Of a stretch of 64,000 nucleotides of DNA, positions 28,714 to 37,935 are shown in pieces. The notes beneath the pieces were generated by a model. The model was given only the letters and a program-made list of their open reading frames with translations, ran no database searches and was not told the DNA's origin. Where the stretch lies: NCBI GenBank assembly GCA_965204735.1, contig OZ242008.1:3168001-3232000 (forward strand), written 5' to 3'. A program made the translations under genes and the position numbers. The stretch comes from Longimicrobiales bacterium (GTDB taxonomy: Bacteria > Gemmatimonadota > Gemmatimonadetes > Longimicrobiales > Gaopeijiaceae). Each line of letters starts with the position of its first letter. The first letter of the stretch is position 1.

Positions 28714-29882
28714 GTGCAGCCCGGGCGCGTCGGCGCGGAGCCGCGCAGGGCGGGCGCGGAGCCGCGCAAGGACGGGGACGGGGCCAGTCGGCGGCCCAGC
28801 GTCGTGCCTTCCTCGCCGGGGTCCTTGCCGTCGTGCCGTTCGTTGCGACGGTGCGTTCCGCCGCGCAGGAGCCAATCACCGTGGTGTCGTGGGGCGGCTC
28901 CTACGCCCGGGCATGCGTGCTGGGCTATCACGAGAGCTTCGTGGCGGAAACGGGCATCCCGATCAACTTGGAGGACTACAACGGCGGCTTGGCGCAGATC
29001 CGGGCGCAGGTCGAAGTCGGCGCCGTGCACTGGGACGTGGTGGACATGGACATCGACGAGGCAGTGCAGGGCTGCGACGAGGGACTGCTGGAGCCGCTGG
29101 ACCCGGACATCTTCGCGCCCGGCCCCGACGGCGCGCCGGCCACCGACGACTTCCGGCCGGGCACGTGGACCGAGTGCGGCGTGGGCACGTCTTCGGGCTC
29201 GTCGATCTACGCTTTCAGCGCCGAGACCTTCCCCGACGAGAGGCCGTCCACCATCGACGACTTCTTCGACTTGGAAAAGTTCCCGGGCCGCCGGAGCATG
29301 CGGCGAGTCCCCAACGACAACATGGAGTTCGCCCTGATGGCCGACGGCGTGGCGGTGGAAGACCTCTACGCCGTCCTCGAGACGCCGCAGGGCCGCGACC
29401 GGGCGTTCCGCAAGCTGGACGAGATCAAGGAACACGTGATCTGGTGGGAGGCGGGCGCCCAGCCGCCCCAAATGCTCGCCGACGGCGAAGTGGTCATGTC
29501 CACCGCATGGAACGGCCGAATCTTCAACGCCCAGGTGCTGGAGGGCCAGCCCCTGGAGATCGTGTGGGACGGCCAGATCAAGGGAGTCAACCAGCTGGTC
29601 GTGGTGGCGGGGACGCCGCGGCTCGAGAGTGCGCTGCGCTTCATCTCCTTCGCCACCCGTCCCGAATCCATGGCCGGGATCGCGGGCTACATCGCCTACA
29701 GCCCCGCGCGGCGGTCGGCCCAGGCCATGGTGTCGGTCCACCGCGAGACCGGCGTCGAGATGGCGTCCCACATGCCCACGAACGACCGTCCCGGACGGAG
29801 CCTGGAGAGGAACCACGAGTGGTGGAGCAACCACAAGGACGAGTTCAACGAGCGCTTCAGCGCATGGCTGGCCCGCCGGTGA
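28710..29882 (+). CDS. ABC substrate-binding protein (PotD/PotF-like) 1
   Basis: RRAFL Tat-like leader; VVSWGGSY, WDVVD, DFFDLEKFPGRR, AWNGR. Confidence 0.85.
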   Translation: MSAARARRRGAAQGGRGAAQGRGRGQSAAQRRAFLAGVLAVVPFVATVRSAAQEPITVVSWGGSYARACVLGYHESFVAETGIPINLEDYNGGLAQIRAQVEVGAVHWDVVDMDIDEAVQGCDEGLLEPLDPDIFAPGPDGAPATDDFRPGTWTECGVGTSSGSSIYAFSAETFPDERPSTIDDFFDLEKFPGRRSMRRVPNDNMEFALMADGVAVEDLYAVLETPQGRDRAFRKLDEIKEHVIWWEAGAQPPQMLADGEVVMSTAWNGRIFNAQVLEGQPLEIVWDGQIKGVNQLVVVAGTPRLESALRFISFATRPESMAGIAGYIAYSPARRSAQAMVSVHRETGVEMASHMPTNDRPGRSLERNHEWWSNHKDEFNERFSAWLARR

Positions 29883-30982
29883 GGGTCCGCGTCCTCTCGG
29901 CCGCCTCGCTGGTTCTCGCGACGAGCGGCCTGGCCGCGTTCGTCGCTCCCTGCAACGCATCGGCGGCGGCTCAGCTCACCGTGGTCACCTGGGGCGGGTC
30001 CTACGGACGCGCTTCCGCCAAGGCGTGGTTCGAGCCGTTCGCCGCCGAGACCGGCATCGAGATCAACGTGGAGGACTACAGCGGCGGGCTGGCGCAGATC
30101 CGAGCGCAGGCCGACATCGGAAACGTGTACTGGGACGTCGTGGACATCGACTTGGCGGACGCGGTGCGGGGTTGCGACGACGGCCTGCTGGAGCCCGTCG
30201 ACGTTGCCGGGCTGGCGCCCGCCGAGGATGGGACGCCCGCCGAAGAGGACTTCGCGCCCGAAACGCTCACGGAGTGCGGCGTCGGCACCAACTTCTACTC
30301 GACGATCTACGCCTACGACTCCACCCGGTTCTCCGCCCAGATGCCGTCGACCATGGCCGACTTCTTCGACTTGGAGAAGTTTCCGGGCCGGCGGGGAATG
30401 AAGCGGTGGCCCAAGGACAACCTGGAACGGGCGCTCATCGCCGACGGAGTGCCCCTGGACCAGGTGTACGCCGCCCTGAGCACTCGCGAAGGCGTGCGAC
30501 GCGCCTTCCGCAAGCTGGACACGATCAAGGAGCACATCGTCTGGTGGGAGACCAGCGCCCAGGCGCCCCAGCTCCTGGCCGACGGGGAAGCAGTCATGAC
30601 CTCGGCCTACAACGGCCGCATCTTCAATGCGCAAGTGCTGGAGGACCAGCCGTTCCGGATCGTCTGGGACGGCCAGATACTGGACGTGGGCCAGTTCGTC
30701 GTAGTCGCCGGCACGCCGAACCTGGAGGCGGCCCGAAGGTTCGTCGCCTTCGCTTCGTCGCCCGTGCACATGGTCGGCATCGCCAAGTACATCTCGTACG
30801 GGCCGACTCGCGTGTCGGCCATGCCTCTGGTGGACACGCACCTGGAAACGGGGGTCGACATGAGGCCCCACATGCCCACCAACCCGGACAACTTGGCCCG
30901 GGGGCTCAAGAGCGACTGGCTGTGGTGGAGCGACAACGGCGACGAGATGAACGAGATCTTCGCGGCGTGGCTGGCCCGTTGA
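29879..30982 (+). CDS. ABC substrate-binding protein (PotD/PotF-like) 2
   Basis: Paralog of the previous gene; GTGA overlap. Confidence 0.85.
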   Translation: MRVRVLSAASLVLATSGLAAFVAPCNASAAAQLTVVTWGGSYGRASAKAWFEPFAAETGIEINVEDYSGGLAQIRAQADIGNVYWDVVDIDLADAVRGCDDGLLEPVDVAGLAPAEDGTPAEEDFAPETLTECGVGTNFYSTIYAYDSTRFSAQMPSTMADFFDLEKFPGRRGMKRWPKDNLERALIADGVPLDQVYAALSTREGVRRAFRKLDTIKEHIVWWETSAQAPQLLADGEAVMTSAYNGRIFNAQVLEDQPFRIVWDGQILDVGQFVVVAGTPNLEAARRFVAFASSPVHMVGIAKYISYGPTRVSAMPLVDTHLETGVDMRPHMPTNPDNLARGLKSDWLWWSDNGDEMNEIFAAWLAR

Positions 30983-31034
30983 GCAACTTGCTCGACGAGC
31001 GGGCGGCGAGCGGTCGAGCGGGCGGAAGGCGTTG

Positions 31035-32222
31035 ATGAGAGGAGTGCCGAAGCTTCGCGCCGGGCTGCTCGTGCTGCCGTTGCTGGCGTTCATCGTGATC
31101 ACCTTCATTGCGCCGTTGGCGACGATGCTGCTGCGCAGCGTCCACGATCCCGTGGTGGCCGACGCGCTGCCCGAGACGATGCAGGCGCTCCAGGGCTGGG
31201 ACGGCGAGGGACTCCCCGACGAAGCCGCCTACGAAGCCGTGGCTCGGGAGCTTGTGCAGGCGAACGAAGCCCGCTCTCTGGGCCAGATCGCCAGCCGGGT
31301 GAACCGCATCCGCTCGGGCTTGCGGAGCGTAGTCACGCGCACGGCCCGACGGATGCCCGAAGACGCGGCGCCGCCTTGGCGCGAGACGCTGACGGGCGTG
31401 CACGAGGCCTGGGGCGAAACCGAGACGTGGCACGCCATCCGCAGCGCCGGAGACCGGTACACGTCGCGCCACTACCTGAACGCCCTGGACCTGCAGCGCC
31501 TGCCCGACGGGTCCGTCGCCCGTCAGCCCGAGGAGCGGCGCATCTACGTGGCCCTGCTGTGGCGCACCCTGTGGATCAGCTTGGGGATCACCTTCCTGTG
31601 CCTCTTGCTGGGCTATCCGGTCGCCCACCTCATCGCCCACGCGCCTGCGCACAGGCAGCACCTCCTGCTGGCGCTGGTTCTCGTTCCCTTCTGGACGTCG
31701 CTGCTGGTGCGCACCACGTCGTGGATCGTCCTCCTCCAGACCCAGGGCGTGATCAACGACGTCCTGGTCGCCTTCGGGCTGATCGGCGACGACGGTCGGC
31801 TGGCCATGGTGTACAACATGACGGGCACCTTCGTCGCCATGACCCATGTCCTGCTGCCGTTCATGGTCCTTCCCCTCTACTCGGTGATGCGCTCCATCCC
31901 GCGACTGCACATGAGCGCCGCCGCGTCGCTTGGCGCAGGCCCGTTCCAGGCCTTTCGCAAGGTCTACTGGCCTCAAACGCTGCCCGGCGTGGGGGCCGGG
32001 TCGCTGCTCGTGTTCATCCTCGCCATCGGCTTCTACATCACGCCGGCGCTGGTGGGCGGCAGTACCGGCCAGCTCATCTCGAACATGGTCGCCTACCACA
32101 TGCAGACGTCCCTCAATTGGGGGCTGGCGGCGGCCCTGGGCGGAATTCTGCTGGCGGGCGTTCTTGCGCTCTACTTGGTCTACGACCGGGTGGTGGGCGT
32201 CGAACGCATGAGCTTGGGCTGA
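31035..32222 (+). CDS. ABC permease (PotB-like)
   Basis: LVPFWTSLLVRT, LLPFMVLPLY, AAASLGA (EAA loop). Confidence 0.9.
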   Translation: MRGVPKLRAGLLVLPLLAFIVITFIAPLATMLLRSVHDPVVADALPETMQALQGWDGEGLPDEAAYEAVARELVQANEARSLGQIASRVNRIRSGLRSVVTRTARRMPEDAAPPWRETLTGVHEAWGETETWHAIRSAGDRYTSRHYLNALDLQRLPDGSVARQPEERRIYVALLWRTLWISLGITFLCLLLGYPVAHLIAHAPAHRQHLLLALVLVPFWTSLLVRTTSWIVLLQTQGVINDVLVAFGLIGDDGRLAMVYNMTGTFVAMTHVLLPFMVLPLYSVMRSIPRLHMSAAASLGAGPFQAFRKVYWPQTLPGVGAGSLLVFILAIGFYITPALVGGSTGQLISNMVAYHMQTSLNWGLAAALGGILLAGVLALYLVYDRVVGVERMSLG

Positions 32223-32228
32223 CGCTCC

Positions 32229-33077
32229 GTGGCCGCCGCGACGACCGCTCCAAGCGCGGGAGACCGCATCTTCCGCATCGCCCATCTGGGCTTTTGCGCG
32301 GCGGTGTTCTTCTTTCTCTTGGCGCCGATCCTGGTGATCGTCCCCCTGAGCTTCAACGCCGAGCCGTACTTCACCTTCACGGAGGGGATGCTTCGATTCG
32401 ATTCGGAGGCGTACTCCCTGCGGTGGTACCGGCTGGTGGTCGAAGACGAGGCTTGGAGGCGGGGGCTCGTCAACAGCTTCGTCATCGGCTTGTCGGCCAC
32501 TGCGCTCGCCACGGCGCTGGGCACCCTTGCGGCGCTGGGGCTGGCCAGCCCGGCCATGCCCGCTCGGCGCTTCGTCATGGGGATGCTGATCTCGCCGCTG
32601 GTGACGCCCTTGATCATCTCCGCCGCCGGGATGTTCTTCTTCTACTCCAGCGTGGGGCTGACCCAGACCCATGTCGGGCTGGTCCTGGCGCACGCCGCCC
32701 TGGGCACGCCGTTCGTCGTGATCACCGTGACCGCCACCCTCGCGGGCTTCGACGCCAACTTGACGCGAGCTGCCGCCAGCATGGGCGCCGGACCGTTTCG
32801 CACCTTCCGACAGGTGCAGCTGCCGCTCATCGCGCCCGGCGTCTTCTCGGGAGCGCTCTTCGCCTTCGCCACGTCGTTCGACGAGGTGGTGGTGGTGCTC
32901 TTCATGGGGGGCGTGGAGCAGCGCACGATCCCGCGACAGATGTGGGCCGGCATCCGCGAGCAGATCAGCCCGGCGATCCTGGCGGTGGCCACGTTCTTGA
33001 TCGTGTTCGCGGTGACTCTTCTGCTGACGGTGGAGCGGCTGCGGCGGCGGAGCGAGGCGCGGGGAGCGCAGAGATGA
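32229..33077 (+). CDS. ABC permease (PotC-like)
   Basis: YSLRWY, AAASMGA, FATSFDEVVV. Confidence 0.9.
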   Translation: MAAATTAPSAGDRIFRIAHLGFCAAVFFFLLAPILVIVPLSFNAEPYFTFTEGMLRFDSEAYSLRWYRLVVEDEAWRRGLVNSFVIGLSATALATALGTLAALGLASPAMPARRFVMGMLISPLVTPLIISAAGMFFFYSSVGLTQTHVGLVLAHAALGTPFVVITVTATLAGFDANLTRAAASMGAGPFRTFRQVQLPLIAPGVFSGALFAFATSFDEVVVVLFMGGVEQRTIPRQMWAGIREQISPAILAVATFLIVFAVTLLLTVERLRRRSEARGAQR

Positions 33078-33802
33078 CCTTTACCGTGGTCACGCCCGTG
33101 CTCAACGACCCGCGGGTGGTGCGCGCCGTCGAATCGGTTCTCGCTCAGCAGTACGAACCCGCGCCGGAGCTGATCGTGGTGGACGGCGGCTCCACCGACG
33201 CGACGCTGGAGGCGCTCGAGAAGCACCGGGCGAGGATCGACGTCTTGGTGAGCGAGCCCGACCAGGGCCTGTACGACGCCATGAACAAGGGCGTCCGCAG
33301 GGCCGGCGGCGACGTGGTGGCGATCCTGAACGCCGACGACCAGTACGCCGACCCGTTCGTCTTTCGGGACGCGGCAAGCCTTCTGGAGGAAGCCGAGGGG
33401 TGCTACGGAGACATCGTCTACACGAGCCGCAGGGGCAAGATCGTGCGCTATTGGAAGGCGGGACGGTGCATGAAGGCCAAGTGGTACCTGGGATGGATGC
33501 CGCCTCACCCGTCGTTCTTCGTGCGGCGTCGCGTGTACGAACGGCATGGCGCGTTCGATCTGCGCTATCCGGTCGCCGCGGACTACGAGCTGATGCTGCG
33601 CTTCATCCACCGGGTCGGCATCGACGTGCGCTACCTCGACAGGGTAGTCGTGAAGATGGCGATCGGCGGAAACAGCTCCAGGATCGTCAGGGGAAACTTC
33701 GACGTGGCCCGGGCATGGGCAAGGAACGGACTCCGCGGGGGCCTGCTGGCGCCGTTCCTGAAGCCTGTCGCGAAGGTATGGCAGCTCGCCGTTCGGCCTT
33801 GA
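33074..33802 (+). CDS. Family 2 glycosyltransferase (WfgS/WcaE-like)
   Basis: VVDGGSTD, SEPDQGLYDAMNKG, LNADD, PPHP, ADYEL. Confidence 0.9.
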   Translation: MTFTVVTPVLNDPRVVRAVESVLAQQYEPAPELIVVDGGSTDATLEALEKHRARIDVLVSEPDQGLYDAMNKGVRRAGGDVVAILNADDQYADPFVFRDAASLLEEAEGCYGDIVYTSRRGKIVRYWKAGRCMKAKWYLGWMPPHPSFFVRRRVYERHGAFDLRYPVAADYELMLRFIHRVGIDVRYLDRVVVKMAIGGNSSRIVRGNFDVARAWARNGLRGGLLAPFLKPVAKVWQLAVRP

Positions 33803-34986
33803 CCGACCTTCTTCGCTGTCCCGTCACCGGGCAGGCGCTCGCATTCGCCGAGGGAGGCTCCGACTGGGTTCCGTTGCCGCGAGCTGCAGGTGCGCCCGAA
33901 CCGATGGCCGCGGACCGCGAAGTCGGCGCCCCGACCCTCGTCGTGGAGGACCACTCCGCAGCGTACCCGATCGTGAAGGGCATTCCCGTGCTGCTGGGCC
34001 CCGAAAGGCTCGTGCCGCCCGACGTTGCGAACGCTCACGAGGCGGTGGACCTCTCGGCGCCCGAGTACGCCGAGGCCTACGAGGAGATGGCCTACTACAA
34101 CAAGCCGACGAGCCGGCCGTCCTACGACGTCGTCATGGGCGGCCTGACGCGGCGCCGGGACCAGGTCGAGTCTCTCGGGGCCACCTTCCCCCACCCTGCC
34201 CGCATCTGGGTCGACGCGCCCCACGACTCGACCTCGCAACTCGATGCCTACGCCTACCTGTCGCCCGTCGAGGGCAAGAAGGCGCTCCAGATCGGCGGCA
34301 GCGGATCGCACGCGGTGAAGATGCTGCTGTCGGGCGCCCGCCTTGCGGTCCTGGTGACCCCGATGCTCTACGAGGCCCAGTACGCCTGCGGCCTTGCCGC
34401 CGAATGGGGCGTGCAGGACCGCCTCCTTGCCGTCGTCGGAGTCGGCGAAGCGCTGCCTCTGGCGGACGCCTCCATCGACTTGGTGCACTCGGGAAGCTTT
34501 CATCACATGAGGTTCGACTTCCTGGGCCCCGAGCTGCACAGAGTGCTTGCGGCAGGGGGAAGGTTCGCGGGCGTCGACCCGTATGCCACGCCGCTGCATT
34601 CGATCGGAACAACTTTGCTGGGCAAGCGGGAGTCGTCCGTCCACTGCCGGCCCGTTACCCCGGAGCGCATTGCCAAGCTGAGAAGGACGTTTCCCGATCT
34701 GACGACGAACCATCACGGGCCCATTCTTCGCTACTTCTTCTTGGGAGTGGAGAAGCTGACCCGAGGGCGGCTCTGCCTCGGCGTGTCGGTCATGCTGCAC
34801 GTCATGCGCGCCGACGACTTCATCGGTCGCATCGTGGCGCCCTTGGGGATCCGCGGAGGCTCCGTGACGATCAACGGCGCGAAGCCGGTGGGCGGCGCGA
34901 AGCCGGTGTGCGACGGCCCGGGCGGCCGTTCGCGTTCGCCCGGCCGCGTCGCCGTTCGCTCGGACCGCAAGGTTCCTTGCGCATGA
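33778..34986 (+). CDS. Trm112-like N-terminus + SAM-dependent methyltransferase
   Basis: LLRCPVTG...YPIVKGIPVLL; LQIGGSGS; EALPLADASIDLV; ELHRVL..GG. Confidence 0.65.
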   Translation: MAARRSALTDLLRCPVTGQALAFAEGGSDWVPLPRAAGAPEPMAADREVGAPTLVVEDHSAAYPIVKGIPVLLGPERLVPPDVANAHEAVDLSAPEYAEAYEEMAYYNKPTSRPSYDVVMGGLTRRRDQVESLGATFPHPARIWVDAPHDSTSQLDAYAYLSPVEGKKALQIGGSGSHAVKMLLSGARLAVLVTPMLYEAQYACGLAAEWGVQDRLLAVVGVGEALPLADASIDLVHSGSFHHMRFDFLGPELHRVLAAGGRFAGVDPYATPLHSIGTTLLGKRESSVHCRPVTPERIAKLRRTFPDLTTNHHGPILRYFFLGVEKLTRGRLCLGVSVMLHVMRADDFIGRIVAPLGIRGGSVTINGAKPVGGAKPVCDGPGGRSRSPGRVAVRSDRKVPCA

Positions 34987-35951
34987 AGACGCTGATCGCA
35001 GGCGCCGGAGGCTTCATCGGCGGTCATCTCGCTCGCACGGTGCTCGACGAGGGGAGCGAAGTGCGGTGCGTGGACCGCAAGCCGTTGGGCGAGTGGTACC
35101 AAGTGCACGAAGGCGCCGAAAACGTTGTGGCCGACCTTAGGGAGATCGAATCGTGCATGAGGGCGTGCAAGGGAGTGATCGAGTGCTACCAGCTCGCCGC
35201 CGACATGGGAGGCATCGGCTTCATCGAGAACAACAAGGCGCTGTGCATGCTTTCGGTTCTGATTAGCACGCACATGCTGATGGCGGCGCAGGAGCACGGC
35301 GTCGAGCGCTTCTTCTACTCCTCGTCGGCTTGCGTGTACCGGGCCGACAAGCAGGACAGCGCCGACGTGGCGCCCCTGCGCGAAGAGGACGCCTACCCGG
35401 CGATGCCGGAGGACGGCTACGGATGGGAGAAGCTCTTCTCCGAGCGGATGTGCAGGCACTTTCGAGAAGACTTCGGCGTGCCTACTCGCATCGCGCGCTA
35501 CCACAACGTGTACGGCCCCGAGGGCGCATGGGACGACGGCCGAGAAAAGGCGCCTGCGGCGATCTGCCGCAAGGTGGCGCAGGCCAAGCGCACCGGCGTC
35601 CACGAGATCGAGATATGGGGAGACGGCAGCCAGACCCGGTCGTTCATGTACATCGACGACTGTGTCGAGGGCACGCTGGCGATCGCCCGAAGCGGGATCG
35701 TCGAACCCATCAACCTGGGGTCCAGCGAGCTGGTCGCCGTCGACGGTCTTGTCGACGTGGCCGAGGAGATCGCCGGCGTCAAGCTGAAGCGTCGCTATCT
35801 GCTCGACCGTCCGAAGGGCGTGAACGGCCGGAACAGCGACAACCGAACGATACTCGAGAAGCTGGGGTGGGAGCCCTCCATACGGCTGAAGACCGGCCTC
35901 GAGCGAACGTATCGCTGGATCTACGACCAGTACGTCGCGAAGCACGGGTGA
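34983..35951 (+). CDS. NAD-dependent epimerase, GDP-mannose 3,5-epimerase-like
   Basis: GAGGFIG, LAADMGGIGF, SSSACVY, YGWEK, REKAPAAICRKV, GRNSDN. Confidence 0.88.
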   Translation: MKTLIAGAGGFIGGHLARTVLDEGSEVRCVDRKPLGEWYQVHEGAENVVADLREIESCMRACKGVIECYQLAADMGGIGFIENNKALCMLSVLISTHMLMAAQEHGVERFFYSSSACVYRADKQDSADVAPLREEDAYPAMPEDGYGWEKLFSERMCRHFREDFGVPTRIARYHNVYGPEGAWDDGREKAPAAICRKVAQAKRTGVHEIEIWGDGSQTRSFMYIDDCVEGTLAIARSGIVEPINLGSSELVAVDGLVDVAEEIAGVKLKRRYLLDRPKGVNGRNSDNRTILEKLGWEPSIRLKTGLERTYRWIYDQYVAKHG

Positions 35952-36209
35952 CGACTACGTCGCGAAAGCACGGGTGACGACAAGCGGCGAACGCCGCGGC
36001 GGGCCGAGGCAAGCCCCCCGGCGGCAGCCGCGACGACCGACTCGACTGGAACGGCGAAGGTTGCCTGTCGCAGTGCGGCCGACGACAAAGAGCGCAACCG
36101 GGGCCCGGCCCTGTCGGACCGGACCCCGTTCGGTGCGCCACGGCGCCTGGGTTCTCTCTTGTGCGGCCCCGGGCGAGCCTTCGCCTCCAGCGGTCGGCGG
36201 CGGGTCCGC

Positions 36210-36650
36210 CTACGCCCGGCGGCTCACCTCGATCTTGCGCGCGCGAGCTTCCTCGGCCTTGGGCAGGCGCAGCGTCAGGATGCCGTTCTCCAGCTCCGCC
36301 GAGATTGCGTCGGCACGGACCGTGCCCGGCACGCGAAAAGTCCGGCGGAAGGCGCCGAAGGCGCGCTCCTGGAGGAGGTGCTTGCCCTCGGATTCGGCCT
36401 CGTGCTCCGCGCGCTTCTCGCCGGAGACGGCGAGGACGTTGTTCTCGACGGCGATCTCGATGGACTCCTCGCCCACGCCCGGCAGCTCGACGGCGAGGAC
36501 GAACTCGTTGTCGAACTCCTGGACGCTGGCGGCGGGGAGCCAGCTCGAGCCCCGGACGACGCTCGTGGGCGTCCAGCCGAACAGGAGGTCGGCCAGCGCT
36601 TCGGAGCCGGGCCGGGGTGCGAGGCGGTTGGTGCAGGTGGTCGGGGACAT
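36210..36650 (-). CDS. Hsp20/alpha-crystallin small heat-shock protein
   Basis: VELPGV, LAVSGEK, ERAFGAFRRTF, LENGILTLRLPK; GGAGG RBS upstream. Confidence 0.92.
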   Translation of the reverse strand: MSPTTCTNRLAPRPGSEALADLLFGWTPTSVVRGSSWLPAASVQEFDNEFVLAVELPGVGEESIEIAVENNVLAVSGEKRAEHEAESEGKHLLQERAFGAFRRTFRVPGTVRADAISAELENGILTLRLPKAEEARARKIEVSRRA

Positions 36651-36724
36651 CTCTTCAAGCCTCCGTTGTTGGATGGCGTGGATTGGTGCGCGACGCTCGT
36701 CGCGCCGTGCGTGTCCCTCTCTTC

Positions 36725-36740
36725 TGCATGGAGCGTGCCG
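36725..36740 (-). promoter_or_regulatory. Sigma-54 (-24/-12)-like promoter of hsp20
   Basis: Minus strand CGGCACG-CTCC-ATGCA with GG and GC 12 nt apart. Confidence 0.6.
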
Positions 36741-36746
36741 CCGATT

Positions 36747-36860
36747 TCCTGCCAAAATGGCAGGACGCCCGCGTGTCGGGGCCCGTCCGGCCACGGTTTG
36801 GGCCGTCGCGGCGGGCGCGCACCTGCCAAAACGGCAGGACTACTGCCAAAATGGCAGGAC
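36747..36860. promoter_or_regulatory. Three palindromic CTGCCA-AAA-YGGCAG boxes upstream of hsp20
   Basis: Copies at 36747-36765, 36822-36838 and 36843-36857. Confidence 0.7.
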
Positions 36861-37032
36861 CGCCCTGCCCGTCGTCCGGTTCGGAGCGTTCGCGGGCGCC
36901 GACGCCGGCGGGAGAACGCGGCCGCCGAAAGACGACGCGACGGGCGAAGCAGAGCCGCTGGCGTTCGCGGGCGCCGACGCCGGCGGGAGAACGCGGCTCC
37001 CGGACCGGGCATCGTCCCGTGGTCCGGCTGGA

Positions 37033-37935
37033 CTACCGTCCCAGCGCCAGCGCCTTGGCGGCGGCGCCCCGCTCGGGCACCACGCGGACCGGCAGGACGT
37101 GGCAGCCCAGCTCGGCGCCGATCGTCTCCACGGGCTTGCGCAGAACGCTGACTTCGCGGACGAGCCCTCCCGAGAGGGCCAGCGGCGGCGGGCCGGTCCA
37201 CTTGGACGTGCGGGCCAGCGCGGCGGCCAGCAGCGCCCGCACCCCTTCCAACGTCGTCCGAACCACCCGCGCGGCGGCGCCGTCGCCGGCCTGCGCCGCT
37301 TGCAGGACGATCGGCGCCAGCGCGGCCACGTCCCGCTTGGCGGCGCCCGCGACCCACTCCGGCAGCTCCGTCGGCTCGCCCACGCCCGTCGGACGCGCGA
37401 AGGCGCGAGCCAGCGTCGTCGCGGGCGCTCGGCCGTCGGCGCTGCGGACCACCTCCCGGAGCCCCTCCAAGCCGATCCGGTAGCCGCTGCCTTCGTCGTC
37501 CAGCAGGCTGCCCCACCCTCCCACGGTCACCCGCTTCCCCCTGGGGTCCACCGCCAGCACGACGGATCCGGTGCCCGCCACCAGGAGGATCCCCGGTCCC
37601 CCGCCGAAGGCGTCGGCCCTTGCAGCCTCCACGTCGGTTCCGACGCCGAGGCGCCGGGCCACTCCCGCTCCTCCCAGCGCAGCCTCCACGGCGCGGCGAG
37701 GACCCTCGCGTCCGGCCCCCGCCAGTCCGGCCCACAGGCTCTCCGCCGGCAGAGAAGCGCCTGCGGTCTCGGCGGCCCGACGCACCATCTCCGCCACGAC
37801 CGCGGCCGCGGCGGCGGGGTCGCGGGGGTTCACCAGCCCGGCGGGACCTTCGACGACCGCGACCTCCCGCCCCTGGGCGTCCGTCGCGAGAGCTCGGGAT
37901 CGGGTGCCGCCGCCGTCCACGCCCACGAAGATCAC
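37033..37935 (-). CDS. BadF/BadG/BcrA/BcrD family amino-sugar kinase (MurK/GlcNAc kinase-like)
   Basis: GVDGGGT, AGLAGAG, VAGTGS, GGWG.LLDDEGSG. Confidence 0.85.
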   Translation of the reverse strand: MIFVGVDGGGTRSRALATDAQGREVAVVEGPAGLVNPRDPAAAAAVVAEMVRRAAETAGASLPAESLWAGLAGAGREGPRRAVEAALGGAGVARRLGVGTDVEAARADAFGGGPGILLVAGTGSVVLAVDPRGKRVTVGGWGSLLDDEGSGYRIGLEGLREVVRSADGRAPATTLARAFARPTGVGEPTELPEWVAGAAKRDVAALAPIVLQAAQAGDGAAARVVRTTLEGVRALLAAALARTSKWTGPPPLALSGGLVREVSVLRKPVETIGAELGCHVLPVRVVPERGAAAKALALGR

